A DNA stretch of 64,000 bases, taken from assembly GCA_043228905.1 (NCBI GenBank), contig JBHGNT010000011.1:9176001-9240000 (forward strand), in the 5' to 3' direction. The translations under genes were made by a program, and so were the position numbers. Shown piece after piece: positions 23,901 to 35,624 of this stretch (within the stretch, counting starts at the first letter, position 1; each line of letters opens with the position of its first letter). The notes under the pieces were generated by a model. It had not been told where the DNA came from, made no database searches, and was given only the letters and a program-made list of their open reading frames with translations. Source of the DNA: Azolla caroliniana. Taxonomy: Eukaryota; Plantae; Polypodiophyta.

Positions 23901-25947
23901 ACCGCCCGGATTCGGACAAGAAACCGAACCGACCGAAGAAGAAGAAGAAGAAGAAGAAGAGGACACCGGAACCAGACAAGATCCCGAATTGGATTCGGAT
24001 TCGGAACAAATGGAGGAACCGGTAGTCAGAAACCAGGGATGGAGATATCCTCTCCGAGAAAGAAGAGCCCCCCGGAGATTTCCGGATGTAGAGCATGTGT
24101 TGCTAATTGATGAGGGGGAGCCAGAAAGCTTCGAAGAAGCAAAGAGAGACACCCACAGTCGCAAGTGGTTGAGTGCCATGCAGGATGAGATGGATTCCCT
24201 GCATGAGAACCACACATATGAACTGACGGAGTCGCCGAAAGGGAAGAGAGCACTCCAGAATAAGTGGGTGTACAAGTTGAAACTGGGAGATGCCGGAAAC
24301 CCACCTAGGTATAAGGCCCGAATCGTGGTGAAGGGCTTCCAACAGAAGAAAGGAGTGGATTTCGATGAGATCTTTGCCCCGGTAGTAAAGATGACATCCA
24401 TCCGGATGGTATTGGGCATAGCGGCAAGCATGGACCTCGAGGTAGAGCAACTGGACGTGAAGACGACATTCCTCCATGGTGACCTCAAAGAAGAGATCTA
24501 CATGCATCAATTGGAAGGATTTGAGAAGAAAGGGAAGGAGCACCTGGTGTGCCGACTGAAGAAGAGCCTATATAGACTGAAGCAAGCTCCCCGACAATGG
24601 TACCAGAAGTTCGACTGCTTCATGACCGACGAAGGGTACCACAAGACGCAGGCTGATCACTGTGTGTTTGTGAAGAAATTCGACGGAGGAGATTTCTTGA
24701 TACTCCTCCTATATGTGGATGATATGTTGATTGTCGGATGCTGAAGAAGGCTCTGAACCGGAACTTCTCAATTAAAGACCTGGGTCAGGCAAGACAAATA
24801 TTGGGGATGCACATCATCTGGGACCGGTTGAAGAAGCTATTGTGGCTGTCATAGGAAAAGTACGTGATGAAGGTGCTTCAATGGTTCAACATGTCGGATG
24901 AGAAACCGGTCGGATCGACATTTCCAGCAAATTGCAAGCTATCCGGAAAGCAGAGCCCAAGGACAAAGGCAGAGAAGGCAGATATGATGAAGATACCATA
25001 TGCCTCTGCCGTTGGAAGCTTGATGTACGCGATGGTATGTACCCGATCGGATATCAAATATGCAGTTGGAGTGGTGAGCCGGTTCATGGGCAATCCCGAA
25101 AGAGAGCACTGGAACGCGGTCAAGTGGATACTCCGGTATTTGAAAGGCACCTCGAGCATGTGCCTCTGATTCGGCTCCGGTAATCCCCAACTTGACGGAT
25201 TCACGGATTCGGATATGTCGACTGATGCGGATACCAGCTGGTCGACATCCGGATATGTCATGACTTATGCAGGGGGGGCTATCTCGTGGCAATCAAGACT
25301 GTAGAAGACGGTTGCGTTGTCAACCACAAAAGCGGAGTACATGGCAGTTGTGGAAGCCGGCAAGGAAATAATCTGGATGAAGGACTTCATCGGTGAGCTA
25401 GGGATTTGACAAGAGGAATATCGGCTATATTGTGACAGTCAGAGTGCCATCCACCTTGCAAAGAACGTGGCCTACCATTCCCAAACGAAACTTATCCAGC
25501 GGATGTACCACTAGATCCGGGAAAGAGTAGAAGATCAATAGTTCGTGCTGACTAAAATACACACGGAGGAGAACGGGTCAGACATGCTGACCAAAGTGCT
25601 AACACACGACAAGCTGCACACATGCCGGACGCGGATTTGGCTGACGAAACATCCCATGCCGGAGTGAAGGGGGAGATTGTTGGGATTTCGGTCCCTCCGG
25701 ATGGGATCTTGAGAACCGGACATAGAAGACCCGGTGAGAACCGGATGTAGAAGACCCGGTGAGAACCGGATGTAGAAGACCTGGTGAGAACCGGATGTAG
25801 AAGACACATCTATAAATATGTTTTTGAGTAAGCCCATTGAGGCTATATTTGTAAATAGCCCTAAGTTCATATAAGTATAAATATGACTTAGGGCAATCAC
25901 TTTAGGTGTGTTGTTATTGTTGTTGTAACTGTTGTATAGAGAGAGCG

Positions 25948-25997
<50 letters not shown>

Positions 25998-26340
25998 CAA
26001 TCACTTTAGGTGTGTTGTTATTGTTGTTGTAACTGTTGTATAGAGAGAGCGACAGAGAGAGAGAGAGAGATACAAAGTGATACTCTGTTGTAACCGCTGC
26101 CTGACGAAGAAACCGAGCTCGAGGTTGCTGCCTACGAGTCTCTGATTGTACCCCTTCTCTTCATAGTGATAGTTCGGAGTCTGTGGGCTCCCGTGGTTTT
26201 TCCCATTTAGGGTTTTCCACGTAAACATCCTGTGTACTCTCTTTTGTGTGTACGTCTATTCCCATTCTTGTGTTGCACTCTTATCGAAGTGATTCAAGAC
26301 TCGGTTGTGGCCGAGCAGTATTCCGCGCTATTTCCTCTCA
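20952..26340 (+). mobile_element. Ty1/Copia element A (Tork/Tto1-like), full length and degraded
   Basis: LTRs 20952-21600 and 25678-26340, TSD ATATA. PBS TGGTATCAAAG at 21604, PPT GAAGGGGGAGAT. Gag CCHC, PR WVVDSGAS, INT, RT YVDD and RNase H, with stops and frameshifts. Confidence 0.95.
21248..21313 (-). other. tRNA-derived (SINE-head-like) insert in the 5' LTR of Copia A
   Basis: Minus strand TACCCTAGTGGTAAG (A box) ... TTGGG-TTCGAAA-CCCAA (perfect T-arm/B box). Absent from the 3' LTR. Confidence 0.55.
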
Positions 26341-26919
26341 ATATATACAACATGTGGACTTCTCCAAATGCTTACCAAATTTTTGACTTCATTAGTACAA
26401 TTTGGATGGAAAGAAAGAACCATTTTATTAGCCTTTCCACAAGGGGTGCTCAAAGGTGTTGTAAATAGATATTTCTTCAATATAATTTCTCCTATTGGGA
26501 GGAAAGACATGATGAATCCCTTCTTAATCAAGGAGTAGCGAACACAGAGGGAGTATGGAAGGATCTAAGAGACTACGAGTAGGGATAAGCTAATAGAGAG
26601 TGAGTGAGTGTTCATTGATTATACTGGATGCTTGTATCTGTATCTGTATGCTACATTCAATTCGAATATACATATATGCTTTGTGGGTAACCTCCGTGTC
26701 TGTCTCATCCCCATACACAACGTGTTAATATTATTCTCTGTAACAATATGATTAATGGTTGATAGTACGCCATGACCCCAAGTCTCCTTCACACCACAAT
26801 ACCTTGACCCAATTACTCATGAGGAGTAATCGAAGTTGCTCTCTAGGAGGGAGTAACACAATTTGGCATGCCTGGTTCACGCTGTGAGTTCACAATGAAC
26901 ATGCGTAGGGGAAAACCCA

Positions 26920-27698
26920 GATCGCCATAATGGCCTTTCCCAAAGGAATCTGCACTTAGACAACGCCCATCGTACTGAACAAGAAGACAACATCACCAAC
27001 TCTGGCCTCACGACGCAATCGTCGCCTCTGGAATCAAACGCCCAATTTGTCGCAATTCACGATCTTACCTTGACTAGTGGCAACACCTTGGAAGTTGACC
27101 AACCCGAAGATAACCTCTTCTCGGTGATACGAGAGGATCCTGACATTGACACAATGCCCTACCCTTACCCTAGATATAATGAGGGAACCGACGTGGAAGT
27201 GTATGTTCACGCATTCCTCACCACATGGTAGGCTTACCATGTGTCACAATACTTGGCCGTGGTCGATGAAAATACAACGAAGATCGCAGAGTTCGGCTTG
27301 TCGTTCAATGGGCAAACAGCGAACTAGTACTCCCAGCACGACTTGGGGGAGTTTTCCTTTCAAAGATCCTTGAGACAGGTTTATCCACCTCTTCCACTAG
27401 TAGATACCTAAGCGAGAACTACTGAGCCAGTTCCACGCCATCTCACAAGAGCCCTAGGAGATGGTTCCTCAATTTACGATTTGATTTCAGAACTTACACT
27501 GTCAGCTAGCTTGGGAAATTCTGGCCGAAGACTTGAAGGAGACTTTCTTTACGGCTCTTCGTGAGCCCCTCCGCACTACCTTGACGCTCCTTGAGTTCTC
27601 TCAACAAACGATTGAGCAAATCATTGATTGTGTCCTCACCATGGATAGCGCTGAACACAACAAACCTTTCTCCATGAGCTCTCTCTGAGGCGCTTTAT
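26920..27698 (+). mobile_element. Degraded Gypsy gag fragment (related to the 61070-61300 gag)
   Basis: YPYPRYNEGTDVEVYVHAFLTTW...TKIAEFG matches YPYSKYRDDPDAEAHVYAFLQTW...SKIAEFG at 61030-61299. Confidence 0.65.
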
Positions 27699-29106
27699 TG
27701 TTGAGCGAGCAAGCTCAACCGGATCCAAATCGGCTGAATAAACTAGAGCCGGATCGGATTGAAACCGGTAGGCCGTTGGAGGCCTACGGATATAGCCTAG
27801 TACGTAGGCATAGTTTTGGGAGTTAGTGTCAGTCGCTCGTATGAGCATTGAAGTACATGTCAGTACTTCTATGAGTCCTTTATGGACTTGTATAAAAGTG
27901 CTCTCTGAGCACATTCTATGAACATAGAGTGTTATTATTTTGAATTGAGTTTTATGTTCTGCTCTCTTTGTCTCTTCCGTGCATTCTCTGTTAAACCTTC
28001 TTCTCTCTATGTTTTGTTGGTATCCGGCTGAGCCGGCTTATCATACGCTTCCGCATATCGACTTTTACATGGTATTAGAGCGCGAGGGTTGAGAACCTCT
28101 GTAGCCGAAAAACACTTTCGAAGATAAAACCTAACACCTGGTGAAGAACAGAAGAGAACTGAGATGGACAGAGGTATGGCAAGTTCGCTTCTCACAGAAA
28201 AGCTCGACCTGAGGAACTATGCATCCTGGTCATATAAAATGCACTAGTACCTACTGGGCATGGTTACTAGAGCTATGTGGAAGGAACGCACAATGTAGCG
28301 CCGGAGCCGGCACACAAGGACTTCCCGGCATGGGAACAAGGAGCGAGCAGAGTGTTGTACTACCTCGCATCCTGTGTGCACGATCAAATGCTCGGCTACA
28401 TCAAGGCTGCAAAAGCGCCGAAGGAGTCCTGGGAAAATCTTTGGAAGATTTTCGATGCAAGTACGACAACTCGTAAGTTGCAGCTCCGGCAAGAGCTGAA
28501 CAACATCCAGTAAAGAGATATGTCGGTTACGGAGTACACCACCAAAATAAAGAAGATTTGTGACGTGCTCGGGTCCACCAATATGATGGTAGACGAAGAC
28601 GAAATGGTACAAATCTGCCTTGGTGGTCTAGCACAATAGTACGGGCCAATCTGGACGACGATCTACACCCAGGAGAAGCCACCATCATTCTTTGACATGA
28701 AATCGATGCTGATGGTCGAAGAAAACCACTCGAGTGGGTCGAGGAACACTCAACCGGACAATCAGATGCTATACACAGAAGCGGACAGGCCCCATGGGCG
28801 TGGAGGACGAGCTGGATCGGCAGGCAATGGAGGCGGCTAGCAAGAGCAGAATCGAAGGCACCAAGACAGTGCCGACATCAGTTCTGGACCCTCCACGAGT
28901 AGGGGGAGTCAAAACGGCACTGAAAACTGGCAAGGGAAGGCCGACACGAAATGTTGGTATTGTGGCAAGAAAGGCCACAGAGAAAGGGAGTGCTAGAAGA
29001 AGCGCACCGATTCAGACAAATCCGGATCCAGCAAGGCCGGACAAGGGAACCGGCAAAGCTCTCACTACACAGAAGGATCGGAAGGATCCGGAACCGGGAA
29101 AACCGG
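27699..29106 (+). mobile_element. Truncated Copia element B0 (5' LTR, PBS and gag)
   Basis: LTR 27699-28069 with TG...CA, PBS TGGTATTAGAGC. Gag EKLD..NYASWSYKM through the CWYCGKKGH zinc knuckle, then an abrupt junction. Confidence 0.85.
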
Positions 29107-32100
29107 TGTGGCGAACCTCCCAGGAAGTTTCTTTTTGTGCCACTTTGTTGTTGGTCCCTCGAATGTTATCGAAGGGTAGTACTAGGGGTGGTGTCGGTGT
29201 CCGAACCTCTTCTTTCTCCGCCTTCATTGGTATGTCATTCTTGTTTTTCTCGGATAGCTTATCCGATGGTGATGTCAATATGCGCTCAGCCGTTTTCTCC
29301 GACTGGTGGCCATGGTTTGTTTCATGGCCCACTGGTGTGGGTAAGGTTGTGTCTGCTTTCGGTGTTGGTGTATGCTCTGAACTATCTTCCCCCAGATTGT
29401 ACGGTGTGTCGTGACTGCTTCGATAATTCGATTGCACGCTGTGCTCGCTGTCTGATTCCGACTCAAAGTTGGAAAAGGCTTCTATTGAGTGAGCAAGCTC
29501 AACTCAGATACTCTCTACCGGTTCTGATTTCCGATGCCGACCCGATTCCGGAGGTTGAGGCTAGTGAGCCCGAAACGATCCGGGTAGAAGATGAAGAAGA
29601 GTTCGGTACTCTAGATGAGAGTCCAATCTCATTCCGGCTAAGTGGGCTGAATGAGCGACTCAATCGGAATGACCAGTCAGATGACAAGTCGGCGAGTAGT
29701 GGAGACTCAGTCGTGCTTTCCTTGCGCAAGGAATCAAAGAGACGGTTCACGCGCAAGTAGAAAGGGAAGAAAAAAATGTTGGAATACAACACCGGCAATG
29801 AAGAGTCAGATCAGAGTGACTCTGAATCTGGAAAGAACGAAGACGGACATTCAAAAACGAAGTCTGAACCGGCCAAGAAGGTTCTCAAACCGGCTAATGA
29901 GAAGTTACATTGATCAACCCGCCAGAGGAAACCCGTAAAGAGGTACAGATACAATGAGTACATGGCACATCACTATGCTTATATGACCAAAGTGGCGGAA
30001 GTGCGTGAGCCGGAGAGCTACGCAGAAGTGGCAAAGGACGCAAATTGGCATGCCGCTATGGAGGAAAGAAATGCGGGCACTCGATGCCAACGACACTTGG
30101 GACCTGGTTGACCCTCCCCGAAAATGTAAACTGATCGGCTATAAGTGGGTGTTGAGATACAAGCTCAACATTAGGTGCATAACCCAGTGCATAGACTGGG
30201 TGCGTAAAACCATACGCACAAAGGCTGTAACGGTGCGTAAGCTAAGAGGCTGTTAGAGCGTTATTCCTCGTAATGTATAATTTTGGGAGTTAGTGTAGGA
30301 GGCTCATTAATGAGCATTGAAGTATGTGTCAGTACTCTAATAGTACTTCTGTCTGTCCATAAGGACTTGTATAAAAAGCGCCGATTGAGCGCATCTTGTA
30401 TAGAGTGATAGAGAGTTATTTTTTAATCTAAGTTTTGTGTGTTCTGCTCACTCTCTCTCTCATTCTCTGTCTCTCCTGCATATGTTGTGTCGTATTCAAA
30501 GCCTTCCATTAAACCTTCTCTTCATCATTTGTGTTACACGGTTGTGTCTGTTACGCTTCCACACACGCTATTCTTTTACATGGTATCAGAGCACGAGGGT
30601 TGAAATCCTCTACGGCTGACAAATAGACAAACATCACCGTGAAGAACTGAAGAGAAATAAGAATGGATAGAGGGATGGCTAGCTTGCTTCCTACAGAGAA
30701 GCTGGACAGCAGCAGCTATGCATCTAGGTCGTACAAGATGCGCCAGTACCTGCTTGGGCACGGCTACTGGAGTTATGTCGAGGGAGCTAATGACACAACA
30801 CCCGAATCAACACATAGAGACTTCCCAACCTCGGAATAGGCGGCAAGCAGAGTTCTATACTGCCTTGCGTCCTGTGTGAGCGACCAACTCTTGAGCTACA
30901 TTCGGGATGCCAAGACGCCAAAGGATGCATAGGCGAATCTCAAGAGGATTTTCGCCGCGAGCACAATGGGCAGGAGGCTGCAACTCAGATAGGAGCTCAA
31001 CAATGTTCGATAGAAAGATCTGTCTGTGGCCGATTACACGGCCCGAATCAAGGAAATTTGCGATTCGATCACCTCCGTCAACGTGAACATCGAGGAAGAT
31101 GAAATGGTGCAGGTGTGTCTTGGAGGGCTAGCTTCCTAGTTTGGAGCTTTCCAAACGGCGGTCTGCACAAGGGAGAATACGCCATCGTTCTTTGAGCTTC
31201 AATCGATGTTGCTCATAGAGGAAAATCACACGGATGCGTCGACGAGTACGCATGCCGGCAACAAAATGTTGTACAAGGAGGAAGATAGGCCCTTGGTCGT
31301 GGTGGATGTGACAAATCGGCGCGCAATGGAGGCGGCTGAAAAGAGCAGAACGTGCGGCATAATCAAAATGCCAGAAGTAGTTTCAAACCCTCCGGAAGAA
31401 GGGGGAGTCATGGCGCCACCGGAAACTGGCAATAGAAGGCCACAACGGATTGCTGGTACTGTGGACGGAAAGGCGAGCGAGTGATGGAAAAAACGAGCCG
31501 AAGAGACGCAGAGAGGCGTCAAAGGTCGCACTACACAGAAGGCTCCGAACGAGCCGGAAATTGATCGGGCCCAGCCTTCGTAATGAAGCACAAGGCTAAT
31601 TCGATGGTCGTGAACACCTCTAGAGCAGATGAGGTGTGGTATGTTGACTACGGAGCGTCAAATCATATGACGAGTCATGAGGAATGGTTCTTGTACCTAG
31701 ATAGACCGGAAAAACAAGGAGTGGTCGAAACTGGAGATGACACTCCGCATACCATCGAACATGTCGGTGAAGTTCCCCTCAGTCACGTTGGACAAAAAGG
31801 GAAGCTCATGAACGTGCTACACATCCCGCCAATAACCAAAAACTTGGTGTCAGTTGGCCAGATCGTTGACTAGAGGATGCAAGTTTGATTCACGTATCTC
31901 GGGTGCTTCATAGAAGAGGAAGGCAAGATAATGTCAGGAATAGTACTAAGCAGAGATGGAATTAGTACTAAAGAAGAGCAGTACTATTAGTACTAAGAGG
32001 ACGGGACTGCGTAGGACTCCCGAGAGAGAGAGAAAGAGAGAAGCGAAAAGAGAGATAACGAGGATGAGAGAGAGAGAGAGAGATAATGATAACAACCAAT

Positions 32101-32384
32101 ATATTATGTGAAGGACAAGTACAAAATGGCTAAGAGGCTTAAGACTGGCGTTGAACCAATTTGGTTCAACATAATGCCTAGTGCCCTCTTTTATAGTCAG
32201 GAATAATCCTGAAGCTTCTAGAATGTTCCAGAGAGATTTGGAATATACATCAATTTTCTATGATAAAGCATAAATGAAAATAATATTCTACGTATTACAA
32301 TTCATAGTCTAATGGTAAGAGCTCGACCCATGTAGCATAAGGTCATGGGTTCAAATCTTGCCATATCATGACACTATGTCCCCC

Positions 32385-33596
32385 TTAAAGACGACGAGTG
32401 GAACGAGTCGGTGCTGATTGTGGATCGGGTTTGTCTGGATACTTTCGGTGGAAATCAGCAAGAAGATCCTGAGCATTGGCAACATGCTCGACGGGTTCCC
32501 AAGTACATTCGCTCGGACTATAACCGAGCCAATCGACCAAATAATAAAGTTTGTTGCAAACAAGTTTGGAATCGAGGATGGCAGCAACTTCATACTCTGG
32601 GCCGACGCCCAACTCCAATGGGGGCGGCGATGGTGTAACACGATCGGGAATGGTGTTTGCTTTATAAGCTTCAAGAAGAGAACAATGGAAAACCGGATGT
32701 ATCTGAAGCTGCGGAGGGAGATCAAGGCGGAATGTGACATCATTAACCTTACCCGTAATACGGAAAGGACAGAGTCGTCGATAATCCAACTTGTCGCACG
32801 GTCGAGTAGTCTTGATATGACGACGTAAGAGCCATACTCGATCTCCGTTGGCAAAAGAGGAGGGAAGCCGATGATGATCCGCGTAAGTCTTCTGTGTCTG
32901 TTGAGCATGACGAAGATGAGTCGAGAGATCTGTCTGGATCTTGCATAGTCTCTCCAAATGATCCCCGACACGAGGATTGGTAGGTAGCTCCGGGGTGTCG
33001 ATCACCGACCAACGAGGATGAGAACCGGTATAAGCGTAGAATGGGGAGACTCGAGTCGAGGAGTGAACAACATTATTATACGCAATCTTCACAAAGTGGA
33101 GAATCTCGGCCCAATCGTCCTGTTGATAACTCAGGAAACACCGAAGATATTGCTCCAGCGTTTGGTTTGTTCGTTCCGCCTGCCCATCGGTCTGAGGATG
33201 GTAGCCGGAGGAGAGGTTGCAAGAGACCTTGAGCATCTTGAAGAGATGCTGCCAAAATTTGGAGACAAATTGCGGTCCTCGGTCACTGATTATATTGTCT
33301 GGGAGGCCATGATGCCGAAATACCTCACGCATGACAAGGGTGGCGGTTTCCTCGCTAGTGATGGCCTTAGTACACGGCACAAAATGTGCCATCTTCGTAT
33401 ATCGATCGACGACGGTTAAGATAGCATCGAACCCCTTCGAGACCGGCAAATCTGTGATAAAAGCAAGACAAATAGACTGCCACAGCTTACTTGGAATCGG
33501 TAAGGGTTCCAATAAGCCATATGGATGGTGTCGTGGCATCTTTGCTCGGCAACAAGCATCATAGGTCCGAACGTAGTCGTCGAAAAAACGTCGCAT
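32385..33596 (-). pseudogene. Integrase with C-terminal chromodomain (chromovirus copy 2)
   Basis: ISDRGPQF, GQAER, GPY/F-like module, then EYEVAAILDSK...YYLVDWLGYSPSECTWEP...FHRKYPDKP. Confidence 0.92.
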
Positions 33597-34484
33597 GTGG
33601 GGCCACCAAAAAGATCATTGCACTAGCTCTAACGTCTTAGTACTACCGATATGTCCCGTCGTATGGGTGTCGTGACAATTCTGGACGATTTGAAGGCGAC
33701 AGGAGCAATCGGGGACTTATACGCACTTTTTAAAGAATAACAAACCATCATGATATTCGAATTGTCAGTAGTCAATACCTGGTTGTTGAGACCGAGAACA
33801 GGATGCCCGAGAAGTATCAATGTGCGCCAGGATGTCTTGAGCAAAACTATCTGTCTTCAAGTTTGCACGTATGTCATCGGTAATCCGTGAATCCATCGGG
33901 GTGTGAAAAATCCACGTCGTGTGCAGTCGTGTTGGTCCCAAGATTACTTGTTTTTGATTATCAAATGTTGGATCACCAGGACGAGGTGCAAGATATGAAC
34001 ACCGTGATAGTGCATCTGCTTTTCCTTGCTGCTTCCCCGGTCGATATGTGATTTTGAAGTCGAAACGCGTGAGGAATTGTGCCCACCGAGCTTGCCGTCG
34101 ATTTAGTACGCGAGCGTTCTGGAAATAAGCAAGACTTTTATGATCACTAAAGACAATGACCTGATGTGGAGAGCCCTCTAAGAAATGCCGCCATTGCGCA
34201 AATGAATCCACGATGGCTAATAACTCCTTGTCATGTATTTCGTAGTTGATTTCTGCAACATCGAATTTGCGCGAATGGAAAGCCATAGGATGCAACTCTT
34301 CTTTATCTCCTTGTTGAGAAAGGATGCTACCGAGGGCATAATCTGATGCGTTGGCCTCCATGATGAATGGTTTGCTTGTATCCACATGAGCTAGAATCGG
34401 TGCTGATGTAAAGGCTTTCTTAAGATGCCGAAAAGCCATATCTGCTTCAATGGACCAAAGAAATGCTTGTCCCTTCTTCGTAAG

Positions 34485-35624
34485 TTATGTGAGAGGTAAA
34501 ATAATCTTCGAGTAATCCTGTATAAACTTATGGTAGAAGTTAGCAAAACCTAGAAAACATTGTACATCTCGTACCGACCGTGGAATTTGCCACTCTAGTA
34601 CAGTTTGGACTTTAGCTGGATCCATGGCGATGCCCTTTGAGGAGATGATGTAGCCTAGAAATTCCACTTGCTTGCAGTCAAAGCTACATTTTTCTAGCTT
34701 GGCATAAACACCATTCTCGTGGAGTCGCTTTAGTACTAATAGTACATGAGAATCGTGCTCTTCCTGGGTCTTTGAATAAATCAATAGATCATCCAGATAT
34801 ATGATCAAACAGATATCCAAGAGGTCTCTGAATATATCATTAGCCATGTGTTGGAAGACTGCGGGTTCATTGGTTAGACCAAACGGCATAACTGTATATT
34901 CGAAATGCCCATACTGCGTGCGAAAGGCGGTCTTCCATTCATCTCCCGGTCGGATCCGCACGAGGTTATACGCTCCTCGTAGATCAATCTTTGTAAAACA
35001 CTTGGCACCATTAACTCGCTCTAAAAGACTTGATATAAGAGGAAGTGCATACCTATTACGGATGGTGACTTTATTTAAGCCGCGGTAATCAACAACGAGA
35101 CGAAGTGAGCCATCTTTCTTCTTGACAAAGAAGATGGGTGCACCGGCCGTAGATTTCCAATGACTAATAAACCCGCTTGCCAAGTTCTCCTCTATGTAAC
35201 CTCGAAGGACTTCTAACTCGGTGGGGGACAAGTTGTAAATGGGTCCCCATGGTGGCTCTGCTCCCGGTTGTAGATCGACGGGACAATCATAGGGACGATG
35301 ATGAGGAAGAGTACCGGCTTTTACCTTGTCAAATACATCAGCATAAGGATGATAATTCACCGGAAGTTGTACTAAGGATTCCTCCTTAATAGTGCTGGAA
35401 GGATGTACTGATATTGCAAATAGGAACATTGCCTCCTTGTTTCCTTCTTCGCGTAATTGACGTAGTGAAATGGTCGAAACTCGATGAGTAGATTCTTGGG
35501 GCTGTCGATGTCGGACTTCTCTTGTTCTCCAATCTATGTCTGGATTATGTAATTCAAACCAAGGTAATCCCAGGACAATGGGATGCTCTGGACTACTAAT
35601 TATATTAAATGCTACTACACACAA
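34485..35624 (-). pseudogene. Reverse transcriptase of chromovirus copy 2
   Basis: [37 protein letters not shown]. Confidence 0.92.
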
